From contig JANJGN010000034.1 of assembly GCA_026770705.1 (NCBI GenBank), positions 4,154,001 to 4,218,000 of the forward strand: a stretch of DNA of 64,000 nucleotides, written 5' to 3'. The position numbers and the translations under genes are program-made. Shown here one piece after another: positions 40,201 to 49,369 of the stretch (the stretch's first letter is position 1; the number at the start of each line of letters is the position of its first letter). The DNA is from Isurus oxyrinchus (lineage: Eukaryota). The notes beneath the pieces were generated by a model. That model saw only the letters and a list, made by a program, of their open reading frames with translations. It was not told where the DNA came from and did not search any database.

Positions 40201-43200
40201 GTTGATGACGTTCTCGCCTTTGTTTTTTTTATTTCTGACTGAACCACTGTCCTTGAAGAGCAACTCATCCTTCTATATTAAAATAAAAAAAGTAAGAATG
40301 GCTTGATGCAACTCCACAGGACAAGAGCTGGCCTAATAACTCATCAAAGTAGAGTTGAACTCTAGGTTTGATGTCAGTATATTCTGGCTAATCATTATTA
40401 AGCTGACAACTCTCATTCCCCAGGTAAAGTGCCAGGAATTCAAAGCGGTAACTTTCTGTTTGCAATGCTAACTGCAATTTTTGAGGCAGCCTCATGGCCG
40501 AGAGAGTGCGAGAAAGCGAGAGAGAGGGAAAGGGAGAGAGAGGGAGAGAGACAGAGCAAGAAAGAGAGAGAGAGAGAGAAAGAGAGAGACAGAGAGATAG
40601 GGAAATTTCCAGCAAGGCAATCTTCATCAAGATTTAAATATGTATCTCCCAAACATTTTGCCAAAGCAGCATACCGGGTTCGGCTTTGTTTTCAAAGTGG
40701 TGGTCATTCTCAATTCCAGAATCAAAACATATACTTAAATAATTGTTTATCCCTTTAATGACGCAGCACTGACAAAAATGGCAGGATGAAATTTCAGAAC
40801 TGCGGTACTTGAAGCAAACGCATCTTTCTGGATTGGTGAATAAGCAGTCTCAGATATAGGGGTCAGTCATGTTGATGAAGGCATTAACGTACGTGGAATA
40901 ATACTTGGGCCGTCAGTCAAATTCATTGACGTTGACCTTCCGAATTAATAATGGGAGGACCTCTTTCCTCATGCTTTTTTTTTAGATTGATAAAGTTGTC
41001 TCCCTACGGGAAGTGGCGTTGGTGCTGTTGTTTACACCGTTCATTTCAATGTGCATCTTGAAGTAATCTAATTGATGATACATAAGCGATACGTGTAAAT
41101 GGGATAGACGAATGGATCAAAATCAGATATTTGAAGGTGCAAGCACTATTGTGTAGAATTTAGTGGAGAAACTATTTTTTTGGTGACATTTAGCCTATGA
41201 CTTGTTAGGTCACAGTTCAACAATTTGGCTCTTGCCAAACTCAGTCCGAACAGGCACGTGGAGGATGATGATGTGGTAATGTGGAAGAAGGATTTGGTAC
41301 GACGATGAAGGTGTAATACTGCTACTCAAAGAAATGCTTTTAAAACTGAGGCAGTGGGATTGATCTGTTGGAAAGAATACAAAGCTTGCCTTCTAGAATA
41401 TAAGAATGCATTGAGGGCCACAACAGAATTAAATGCAAAAGACAGTGATTTGAGTGGGTTAATTAACATTTTCAGGGAGGTCACGTGTTTTTTTCGACGG
41501 TTGATGAATGAAGATTTAATCATAAGTACATCGTACATGAGTGGAAAGCTAAAAATAATTTAGTGTCCGATGGAGCGATGGATTAGCTTGATTGTCCATT
41601 TTCTTTGATAAAAATGGGAGGCGGATTGGACTTCACTTTATTGGAGTAGTAGGTTCTATAATACCTACCTAGAAATCAAATATTCCATCATTTTTTATGC
41701 ATATCCGATGTTCAGTTTAAATTAACTAATTTAGAGAATACAAGTCACCTGGCAAATTAACACCAGCATTGCAGTGGTATTACAATTCAGAAGGCATTAT
41801 GATGCAAACCATTCCGTATTGGAAGCTGAGGCGTCTCACGAGCGCAGCCTCATGCAACGCTATTTTTATTGGCTCCACTCGGTTTGACAACAAGTCCTGA
41901 TTCAGAAAGAGAAGCTTCAAAATTGTTATCGATCCAAAATTCAGAAAGTCCAGGGAATCCGAAGCAGATGGACGTTTCCACAAACGTTTAGTTTAGCAAG
42001 ATGGAGTGGGGCAATCTTTTTGGATTATGAACACTCAAAATTTGATACCACTTGATAAAAACGTTAGGCAGATTTAAGATTAGCACCGCCACAAACGTTC
42101 AACATATTAACAATAGCAGTGAGAAGGCGTTGATTTTCCTGATCCTCCCATGTGATGATTCTATAACATATTTGAGCAAAATAACACAAAGCATGTGAAG
42201 AGGGTACTATGAATCCAGCGACCGCTGGAGCAATGAATTCGATCGACTTTATCTCTGAAAACAGGAAGAGAGAGATTGCCTTCAGCCACTGTAGTAGAAC
42301 AATAAGTCCTGAAACACATTTCGATAAATCAAGTTTACAACCAAGATTGATGCATATACAATACCGAGAAAAAGATGATAATTTAGAGAGTTGCATAAAT
42401 AAGTATTTAATATCGCTGTACATGCTACCTTTATTTCACTTTCAAAGAGATTGTGACACAGAACACACTATAAAGGAAAGCAAAATGACGTGCACTGCCT
42501 CATTGCTTCTACAGCTTCCATGCCAATTCGCTTTGCCAATGGCTCAAGAATGAAGGCTTTGTAACAATTTGAACTTCCAAAAAAATCCAGACATTGACAT
42601 AAACGCCGCCAAATACGTAGGGTGCATTGCATAGGCATTTTTGCTATCTTAGGAAGAGATAGGGGAGCTGCCATCAGGGAATGTGGTCATTTGGAATTAC
42701 GCACATTTGTATGGCCTGATAAAGACTTACACAGATTTAAGCTAAGTCGTCCCTGAAGAAGCTTCACAATTTACCACATGATAAAAGTAGCATTCAGAAA
42801 ACACCAACTTTCTTGTTCATCTAATTCGAAGTTTCTATAACAGCAAGCAATGTCTTCGATCTGAAACAATGCCAACGTTTCACATTCCTCAAAAAACTGG
42901 CAACAGGAGAAATATAATGCAATCTGAATTGCTCACGTGATTGAGATACTGAGGATATTGGGTACTTCTCACAATTTTTATGTTAAATTGGGAACTGGGT
43001 GCTGGTGTTGATTTTGTTATTAATAAAAAAACGCGGCGAGAAAGGAAGAGAGAGCACGAAGAGATAGAGGCGGTTTTCGAGAGAGCAGGCTGAAAGAGAA
43101 TGGGAGAGAGGGATAATCGCGGTGATGGATGGAACAGAAGTGGACATTTAAAGCGAAGAATTGGCTTTTGCCTTTAACCTCAGCCTCTTCCTCATTGTTT

Positions 43201-46200
43201 TGAACTTACTCTGTTCGAGGTCTCATCATGCCACTACCCTTACCTTTTTATTCTTCTCACTTCTGTATTCAATCTTCAAACAAATATGAATGAGGAAGGA
43301 CATATTTTTCATCCCTCGCACCACGTACAAATAATTAAGAAATCACAAAGTAATTTTTTTAAAAAAATCAGTGGTTTAATAAAACTTATAATTCAGGCTT
43401 GGAGAACTTTGAGCTCTGATTCAGCTTGGGGCCATGCACATTTTGAAGAAAGTTCTGAGCTTCTGTTACATTTTGCTTGTTTCGGAGGTCAAAAGCAGTG
43501 TGTTGTGCGTTCTTCAGAGCTAATTGAAGGAAGATTATTCATATCAAATTCAAACGTTGGAAGTTGTTCTCCCAATATACCAGCCAGAAACAAATTGAAG
43601 GAGTTGGACGACATGGAATCTATTGCTCGGCAACATAGATGCGGTTGAAGAAAATGTTATATCAGAGGGGATTATGCAAACCTAAGTAAAATCAGTATTC
43701 TAAAGGTATTTATTTAACTATCTGAAAAGAGGTTGAAAAATATTCGGAAAGTAAACTTCCCTGAGAAAGACCTGACATAGACCAAATAGCTGAACGTACT
43801 CATTTTTCATAAATATCTTTCATATTGATTATATGATTGTCTTTGCTCAGTATCAAGTTAGCCACTATTCCAGGAATTTGATTCTTGCAGCGCTGGCTAT
43901 ACATGAAAAAAAATCTTCTGAAAGTACTTATAAATGGCTGGTGATCATGGCAGGAACTTTGTAAATTAAAGCATCTCCCTCTTTTCTTGCCTCTAGAAAG
44001 GACAGTACTGAAGACGGATGTAGCATTATTAAGTGAGCCGTAGTTTCTCCAAATTATTGCTGCGTGCATCATCTCACTATCATTTGTCAAACTTATAAGG
44101 GTCTGGCACATACAAGGTTATGCTGGGTGCATTGCTCTTACAATGATGTCTGAAGAAAGTGCGAAGGGGTCAATGTGCTGTTGCACAGAAACGTGTAAAG
44201 ATATGAGCATGGAGAGAGCTCCAAATCTTTACTCTACCCGTGGAAACATTTCTGCTCGCTAAAGAAGACTTACATTTAACCAACAGAATAAAGCGAAAAA
44301 AACTTTTAAAAGACAAAATGTCATGCGACCTGCACAAGAATTGCTTGGGCAATTTTCAGGCTTGAACTGAAAGTGGAAAGTAACATTTCTGCCACAAAAT
44401 TGCCAAACAATAGCATATCCAATAACAGAGAATAGCAACATCACCCCTTTACAATCAGTCGTATTACCATTGCTAAATCCAACATGATCAGCATACTTGG
44501 GCAGGGTGGGGGTTGCTGCTTTTGGTTAGAAAATCAACTGGACCACCGCATAAATATTTTGTCTGCATGGGAAGGGAAGATCAATGGTTGGGAATTCTGC
44601 GATGATCGTGCTGGCAAGCCATAATGCTGAGGTCAGGAGCGTGACGGGTACTGTCCGCTTCCCTAGACGATTGAGGCTCCAACACACACACAAACCCCGA
44701 CACTGTCCCTGACAAAGCAGAACCATTGATTGGCACCCATCTAAAACTTTTAGCTTTTATGTCCTCCACCACCGATCACAGTAGAAGCAGAATGTGCCAC
44801 AGACAAAATGCATTACAGCTCAGAAAGACTTCATCGATGGCCCTAAAGAGTCCCGTGACCTGTACTGCCTTGAACAACAGGAGCACCAGATGCATCAGAA
44901 CACCACCACATTAAATTTACCCATCATGCCAAAAACATTATGACATGGAACTATATTGCCGTCCCATCACTCTCACTGAGTCAAAATCCTGGAATTCACT
45001 TCCTAATAATGCTATGGATGCATAACCATCACATGAGTTGCACTGGATTGTGAACGCATTCAGCACCACCTTACAAAGGCTGTGAAGCAAAGGCAAGAAA
45101 TGCTGGCACAGCGACTGACACCCAAATCACATTAAAGAATAACAAGGATAATAGCAATAAATATACCATCTCACGCATAGCCCTCGAACCTGAAAACTAA
45201 ATTTGGAATGCGACTTATGGCATGTCTTGTGTCAGAGGATTTTTTTTTATTATTATTTAACTTAACTGCATTCCTTGTGAAGCCATTTCACCAATTTCAT
45301 CAATTTCAAATTGCTCATAGCTGTGACGTTCATTGAGACACTTTGCAATGCATCAATGGATTTGGTATTCTGGAAAACGAACTGCATCAGATAAAAAGCC
45401 ATTGGAAATCTCAATTTACACGTCCATTCCTGCTAATCTGAGTCATGAACTTTTTGAAGTCATTTCGAAAATTAAAATATCAAATGGCTAATCTCATTGT
45501 GAAATTTGTGCGCTCCTCAGCTATATATTTGTCATTAGGGTTGTGCAAATTGTTCTGATGGTTATGAAGAACGCACGTTATAGCAACATGCGAGTTGGCC
45601 ATTCAGACGATCGAGTCATTTCAGCAATTTCAGCTAATTTACAGCACGGTTCCATTTTTAGTTCTTCTCAGGTCTTTGTGTCTCACATCCATTTATTGAT
45701 GGTTGAAATATGTATCGTGCAGGAGCAATACATATCCATACAGTTTGGAAATTGAAGAGGTTCTGAACCTATTACCGAATTACATGACCATTGGACTAAT
45801 GAGGTATTCCTGTGTCTCAGGCTCCTCGAAAAGTGAAGGGAAAGCGATCTGATCCACAATACCATCAGCTGTTATCGAAATACTAAAACGACATTGAAAG
45901 TGCATTTAACCTTTAATATCTCATAATACACAAGCACAGATACCATAAACTTACCCCACAACATAATTCTTGAAAAATATGTTACCACCTGGTGACAATA
46001 ACTGCACTTCACTCAATGATACTGCGACTTTCCATTGTCTGAGGAGCTCAGAAATATACAGGTCGTTCCGGATGGGTGCAAATTCAGGAGTTGGATACCA
46101 ATATCAATTCTTCACGTCTTTAAATTAGAGCAACCTAGCTAAAAATGCGAATATTCCAATATCTATTTGGATTAAAAGTTGTATCTGAGTCGGTACTATA

Positions 46201-47486
46201 TTTTAGGGGATCATTGAGATCGACAGAAGTAAAATCATTGCAGGCAACTCTGGTCCGTGCATAAATTGAAAATATTTTGCTCTGTAGCATTTTAATTAAT
46301 CATAAATGGAGATATTTATTTCTGGTAATATTGTCAGAATTATAATTATTATTGTCATTATTATTATTAGTATTAGTCTTAGTATTATATTTAGTGGTGT
46401 TAGTTTTAGTAATAATAGTAGTAGTTCTTATATTATTATTACTATTATTATTTGTATCATTATCGTTTTTGATGTTACATAGATTCTGGAATGTATTCTT
46501 ATTTTGTCACGTTAAACTTCATGTTTCTTTTCCTACCTTTTTTTGGAAACGCTACTCATTCCTTCCAAGAAAAAGAACTGGAAAACGTACAAATTGGTAA
46601 TAAACAGCAATATATATATATATATACATTTTTTCAAGTGCATATATGAAGAGAAGGCAAGTAACCTTGTACCTCTGATTTTACTTGCCTTCTCTTCATA
46701 TAAAGGCTTGGAATTTTCTGACATTTAAAGCCATGACATGACGTGCAGGGAAACTAATAGCGTGCTATCCACCTTCAGATTCAAAATCTCAAATCTAAAT
46801 GGTGTTCAATGACGCACCAAATTCAAAACAAACAAAGCTGAAGGCGGGTCCATTTTACAGATGGACAACAAGGGACCAGAGATAAGACATCCAAAAAGTG
46901 AATATATCCCTGTGAGTTCATTGTTAAAAGAAACATTGAACAAATTGTTCGTTCCATTTCCCACATTGTTTTGGATATGATGTTGACCTGATTTGGGAGA
47001 TATCTGTCAAACGTTTCATCTGAAACGCATTGCTGCTTCCCTTCAGTTAAACCAACAGAGTATGTTATGTATTCAAATCTCTGGTGCAGAAACACAGGCC
47101 TTGACTACATTTGTCCGATGTGTGTATGATACCTGTAAGCCACGGCTTAAAATACCAAAATTGTTTTTAAAGGTATAAAACATGTTCTTGAAATTAAATT
47201 TTGCTGTTTGTCCTGCATGAGATGTCGACGATGCTGTGAGCTTCATATTCCTGGAATTAAATTTTGCACGACTGAAAAAAGACAGCCAAGTTAACTTCCA
47301 TTTGATGCATCTTAATAATAAAAATGTTACAAATGTATAACAGAATATCAAACAATTGTTTCCACCATGCCAGACCATCCCACTGTAAGAGCTCTTTTTG
47401 CTTCCTTTGCAGTACTGAAACAATCCAAACACGATCAGAAAGAGGCTGGTACGAGAAAAAAAAAACTTTCGTTGACCTTGATATGA
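7689..47486 (+). CDS. Putative multi-micro-exon gene segment encoding a heptad coiled coil (BG/butyrophilin-tail-like architecture); 5' part not seen in window
   Basis: Eleven AG/GT-flanked 21-nt exons, all ending in G. They join in phase 1 without a stop to give ELTECQE DLTTCQE ELTRFEE ELRIFQE ELTTCRE ELTTCQE ELKHKGD ELKTKEE ELTKCQQ VLTKKEE ELIKMGG. Leu is kept through codons CTG/TTG/TTA/CTA/CTC. Family identity is inference. Confidence 0.6.
9770..10400 (-). repeat. Inverted segment of the tandem unit
   Basis: The reverse complement of 10190-10330 aligns by eye with 31160-31300 (caaatgagataaaat..gttgaaata..atttgctgt). ORFs 10169..10351(+) and 30960..31361(-) share FLLNSKxYFN..YxFISF. Confidence 0.8.
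12213..12233 (+). CDS. 21-nt type A micro-exon, (D)LTTCQE
   Basis: ctgttaacttctcacAG|atctgacgacatgccaggaag|GTaaga. Confidence 0.62.
12866..13199 (+). mobile_element. tRNA-derived SINE, SacSINE1/Deu-domain-like (copy 1)
   Basis: tRNA-like head with B box (gttcgaat), body tggtctggcct..ctccagac, tail aagggcaattagggatgg..aataaattctggcct. Family name is from recall. Confidence 0.75.
13460..13480 (+). CDS. 21-nt type A micro-exon, (E)LTRFEE
   Basis: ctgttaacttctcacAG|aactgacgagattcgaggaag|GTaaga. Confidence 0.62.
14086..14425 (+). mobile_element. SacSINE1-like SINE (copy 2, duplicated with the unit)
   Basis: Homologous to 12866-13199 with the same flanks. Confidence 0.75.
14687..14707 (+). CDS. 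21-nt type A micro-exon, (E)LRIFQE
   Basis: ctgttaaattctcacAG|aactgaggatattccaggaag|GTaagg. Confidence 0.62.
15341..15605 (+). mobile_element. SacSINE1-like SINE (copy 3, tRNA head internally deleted)
   Basis: Homologous to copy 1, with ~70 bp missing between two tggca motifs. Confidence 0.72.
15868..15888 (+). CDS. 21-nt type A micro-exon, (E)LTTCRE
   Basis: atgttaacttctcacAG|aattgacaacatgccgggaag|GTaaga; synonymous CTG>TTG at the Leu. Confidence 0.62.
16519..16856 (+). mobile_element. SacSINE1-like SINE (copy 4)
   Basis: Homologous to 12866-13199 with the same flanks. Confidence 0.75.
17117..17137 (+). CDS. 21-nt type A micro-exon, (E)LTTCQE
   Basis: ctgttaatttctcacAG|aactgacaacatgccaggaag|GTaagg. 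Confidence 0.62.
17483..17503 (+). CDS. 21-nt type B micro-exon, (E)LKHKGD
   Basis: ttcgctttttttcaccattcAG|agttaaagcataagggagatg|GTaagg; strong polypyrimidine tract. Confidence 0.62.
17620..20330. repeat. ~2.7 kb non-unit insertion containing a diverged ~1.0 kb tandem duplication
   Basis: gtgtattaata at ~17978 and ~19007; ttgaacactgtgttttaa at ~18125 and ~19153; atttcaaag..ttgag..gtaagga at ~18777 and ~19786. Unit sequence resumes near 20340. Confidence 0.7.
25459..25479 (+). CDS. 21-nt type B micro-exon, (E)LKTKEE
   Basis: tgtgtctttttcaataattcAG|agctaaagacgaaggaagaag|GTaagg. Confidence 0.65.
27880..27900 (+). CDS. 21-nt type A micro-exon, (E)LTKCQQ
   Basis: catttatctctcacAG|aactgacaaagtgccagcagg|GTaagg. 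Confidence 0.62.
28307..28327 (+). CDS. 21-nt type B micro-exon, (V)LTKKEE
   Basis: tttttatccctttaaactttcAG|tactcacaaagaaagaagaag|GTaatg. Confidence 0.62.
28765..31066 (-). mobile_element. CR1-clade LINE, degenerate
   Basis: Minus-strand relics EQAILDLALCN..PLGNSDHNMI, LEKLMELEDYKSQGCDNRLPRAVKQVALEMLDALVIIFQNS..WWEANATPVIK and AVQKPNGMFAFLARGFEFRN. The 3' end ggcctactcctgct lies near 28790. Confidence 0.9.
32400..32420 (+). CDS. 21-nt type B micro-exon, (E)LIKMGG
   Basis: gtccttttaattcatctAG|aattaattaagatgggaggag|GTaagg. Confidence 0.58.
35644..37324 (+). repeat. Tandem array of 10 tRNA-Thr(TGT)-derived units (pseudo-tRNA / SINE-like satellite), ~140-160 bp core period
   Basis: GGCCTAAATAGCCAAGTGGTTATGGTACTGGGTTTGTAACCCCAAGATCAAGAGTTCAAATCTCACAATGGC starts at ~35663, 35815, 35956, 36091, 36240, 36383, 36544, 36814, 37020 and 37175. 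It has an A box, a TGT anticodon loop and a B box, but the acceptor, anticodon and T stems are mispaired. Confidence 0.88.
37720..37742 (+). pseudogene. Type A micro-exon copy with a +2 A expansion (23 nt to the homologous donor, 21 nt to an alternative GT)
   Basis: cactcacAG|gactgaaaaaaagtgccagga|GT|GTaagg. Confidence 0.45.
37969..37989 (+). CDS. Type B micro-exon copy with GC donor, (E)AKKKDN; possibly dead
   Basis: ccttttttcaccatgaAG|aggcaaagaagaaggacaacg|GCaatg; the Leu is lost and the donor is weak. Confidence 0.3.
44460..45145 (+). mobile_element. Decayed 3' part of an L2/CR1-group LINE sharing its tail with the SacSINE1-like SINE
   Basis: gacaaagcag..ttgattggcaccc, gaacaccaccac, tggaactatattgccgt..gtcaaaatcctggaattcacttcctaa; tail caccaccttacaaagg..ggcaagaaatgctggc. 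Recalled shark LINE 3' region. Confidence 0.65.
46338..46466. repeat. Degenerate (TAT/TAG)n trinucleotide tract
   Basis: attattattagtattagtcttagt..tagtagtagt..attattatt. Confidence 0.85.
46570..46596 (+). CDS. Candidate 27-nt exon (E)KELENVQI, or 21-nt exon from 46576 (E)LENVQI
   Basis: ctcattccttccaAG|aaaaAG|aactggaaaacgtacaaattg|GTaata; same phase-1 EL start; lies outside the tandem unit. Confidence 0.35.
46643..46702. other. Perfect 22-bp inverted repeat with 16-nt loop (60-nt hairpin)
   Basis: tatatgaagagaaggcaagtaa (46643-46664) / ttacttgccttctcttcatata (46681-46702). Confidence 0.9.
47413..47486 (+). CDS. Candidate downstream exon: 36 nt (V)LKQSKHDQKEA to GT at 47449, or terminal exon reading ...GTRKKKLSLTLI*
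   Basis: Strong acceptor ctctttttgcttcctttgcAG. The phase-1 frame starts xLK like the heptad exons and reaches TGA at 47484-47486. Confidence 0.35.
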
Positions 47487-47689
47487 CCATGCTGAGACAT
47501 ATTGGGAGCAGCTCGAAACAGACAGAAAGGGAAAAGAAACTCTAGCGGCCTGCTGGCACAGTCATCAACGAGGAAGTAGAATGCCACCGTGTTATCGAAA
47601 CCTAGTTCTCAAAATGGAATAACGTAGCTGGGTAGAGGGTGTAACTGTGGGTATGGCAAGTGCCCAGGAATAAAATGCAACTAAAGGGA

Positions 47690-48140
47690 GGGAGTGTGGG
47701 TAATGTATAATCAGGCAGAGTCTTCATGTTTGAGTACAATGGAATCATTTTAATCAAGATATGCGAGTCCTTTGAGAAAATAATATCTGTTCAGTATAGA
47801 GGGGAACAGATGTATGTACTGTACTTAGATTTCCAAAAGACATTTTATGATGAACCACATCAGAGGTTATTGCGTAAATAAAAGCTCAAGGCATGTGGTA
47901 AATATTGGCAGAGCTGGAACATTTGCTGGCTAATGGGAAGCTGAGAATAAGTGTAAATGAATATTTTACAGGTTGGCAGAATCTGTGCCAAATAGATCAG
48001 TTTTGAGGTTCAACTGTTTACTATTTATGGAATTGATATGCATTATTGGATTGGTTGGATGGATGCCTAATTTGCTGATTACACGAAAAAATGTAGGAAT
48101 GTTAATTCTGACGAGGACAAATGGAGGCTACAAAAACATT
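47690..48140 (+). mobile_element. Old CR1 RT fragment
   Basis: atcaggcagagtc..gtactgtacttagatttccaaaagacatttt..ccacatcagaggttattg (YLDFQK..PHQRLL) and tttgctgattacacgaaa. Confidence 0.75.
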
Positions 48141-48141
48141 T

Positions 48142-49355
48142 AAAAGAAAAATACTGCAGATGCTGGAAATCTGAAACAAAAACAAAAAATAGTGGAGAAA
48201 TCATGCTGATCCGTCAGCATCTGTGGCGAGCATCACAGACTTAACGTTTTGAACCCGTGTGATTCTTCTTCTGAGCTATTGTGAAGTAGAAATGTCGTGG
48301 AATATACACTTTGTAAGGGTGCAGGAATGGGTGAAGCTGGATGGAAGACCAGCTATAGGTGGAGGCAAGGACAGTTGTCCAAATATGCCACAAACAAAAG
48401 GTCAAAAGTGTGTTAATGCTGGTGACTCTTTCTAAAGCATGTTTAATGTTGGCATTAAGAGCGGAAAGAAGAATGTGCTAATGGAAGGCCCAGTGTAAAC
48501 ATTGTCGTAATTGACAAATAGGGTAGTGTGGTTGGTGGTTCTTGGGGTTTGGGGGTGGGGGCGGGGGGTGGGATGTTGGTGAGGGGCACTGTGTTTGCTG
48601 GAGGGCGGGATGGTGGTGGGAAAAAAGATCAAAAAGGTTGAACGCTGGTGTTGAAGCAATAAATAAAAATGGAAATAAATTGTGAAAATAATAATAATGA
48701 AAATCAGATGAGAATAAATAGATTCATAAAATTGAAAAATCAAGCTTTATATAGTGAAAAGGAGGGATCGAAAAGGGGTTGGGATTGAGGAGGGAGTTCA
48801 TGGCCTGAATTTCTTGAGCTCAATGTTAAGTCCGCAACACAGTCAATGCTTTGTCGTAAGATGAGGTACTGTTCCTCCCGTTTGCATTGACCTTCATTGG
48901 AACATTGCAGCAGGCCAAGGAAGGACATATGGGCAGGAGAGCAGGGTGGTGTGTTTAAATGGTAAGTGACAGCAAGGTCTGTGTCATGCTTGTGGACGGA
49001 CCGAAGGTGTTCCCCAAACCCTCCTCCTGGTTTGCGCTTGGTATCTCCAAGTTCGACGACACCACATTGTGCCAATGCACTAGATAAATTTGAGGGAAGT
49101 GCAAATGACACGTGGCTTCCCTAGAAAGGAATGCTTGGGCCCTTGGATGGTGAGGCAGGGAGAATGAAAAAGGCGGGCACTGCATCATCTACAATTGTTT
49201 GGAAGGCACCGCATGTGGCCTTGATGTGTTGGGGGTAAATGAGAAGCGGGCCAGTGTGTCCCAGAGAGAATGACTGCTATAGAATGCTGACAAGGGTGTG
49301 GGGGGAATTGGAGAAGTATTTGGTAATGACATAATTCTGGAGTTGTTGGAAGTTT
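48142..49355 (-). mobile_element. Penelope-like element 3' part: GIY-YIG endonuclease relic plus terminal repeat
   Basis: ORF 48740..49111 reads SSNL..QCG..GDTKRK.G..FGEHLRSV..DLAVTYHLN..MSFLGLLQCSNE..KREEQYLI, the typical PLE endonuclease C-terminus. Terminal repeat at 48142-48275. Confidence 0.85.
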
Positions 49356-49369
49356 GCAGTCACGCTCGT

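Larger units (their letters stand above)
2158..40440 (+). pseudogene. Splice-dead type A pseudo-exons at 2158-2178, 11786-11806, ~22609, 25045-25065, 34767-34787, ~40420
   Basis: They sit at the homologous unit position, but the acceptor is cgg (2158, 11786, 34767) or cat (22609, 25045), and/or the GT donor is lost. Confidence 0.6.
2269..43112. repeat. Unit-associated (GA)n-rich tracts at ~2269-2340, 7785-7846, 11877-11910, 17205-17265, 22676-22782, 25133-25235, 27968-28055, 34859-34992, 40501-40600, 43038-43112
   Basis: Read directly. Each lies ~60-100 bp downstream of a type A slot and upstream of the next type B slot, where those slots are recognisable. Confidence 0.9.
2596..43349 (+). 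pseudogene. Splice-dead type B pseudo-exons at 2596-2616, 8051-8071, 12379-12399, 13623-13643, 14853-14873, 16032-16052, 22995-23015, 40767-40787, 43329-43349
   Basis: 21-nt homologues of agctaaagaagaaggaagaag. The donor is changed to AT/GA/TG, or the acceptor to caa/aca/tac. Confidence 0.6.
1..43700 (+). repeat. Diverged tandem array of a ~2.5-3 kb intron+micro-exon unit (about 14 unit equivalents, interrupted by TE insertions)
   Basis: The same motifs recur in the same order. The block aatgtcagcttgacatgagatg..ctgttaactctcacagaactgac appears near 2060, 7580, 9690, 11680, 12100, 13350, 14575, 15755, 17005, 22500, 24950, 27770, 34660, 37605 and 40320. The block aaattcaggg..atcgtttgaaaaacaaa appears near 1070, 23945, 26750, 31870 and 33690. 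Long units end in a (GA)n tract. Boundaries are approximate. Confidence 0.9.

Noticed and set aside
1-43700. Tandem unit as a cluster of single-exon receptor pseudogenes (OR/TLR) or a snoRNA/miRNA cluster
   Set aside because: No consistent reading frame or LRR/7TM motif across units, and no conserved C/D boxes or hairpin.
46639-46656. 18-nt GC-donor exon overlapping the hairpin
   Set aside because: It has an in-frame TGA in phase 1 and lies only 42 nt from the previous candidate donor, too short for a vertebrate intron.
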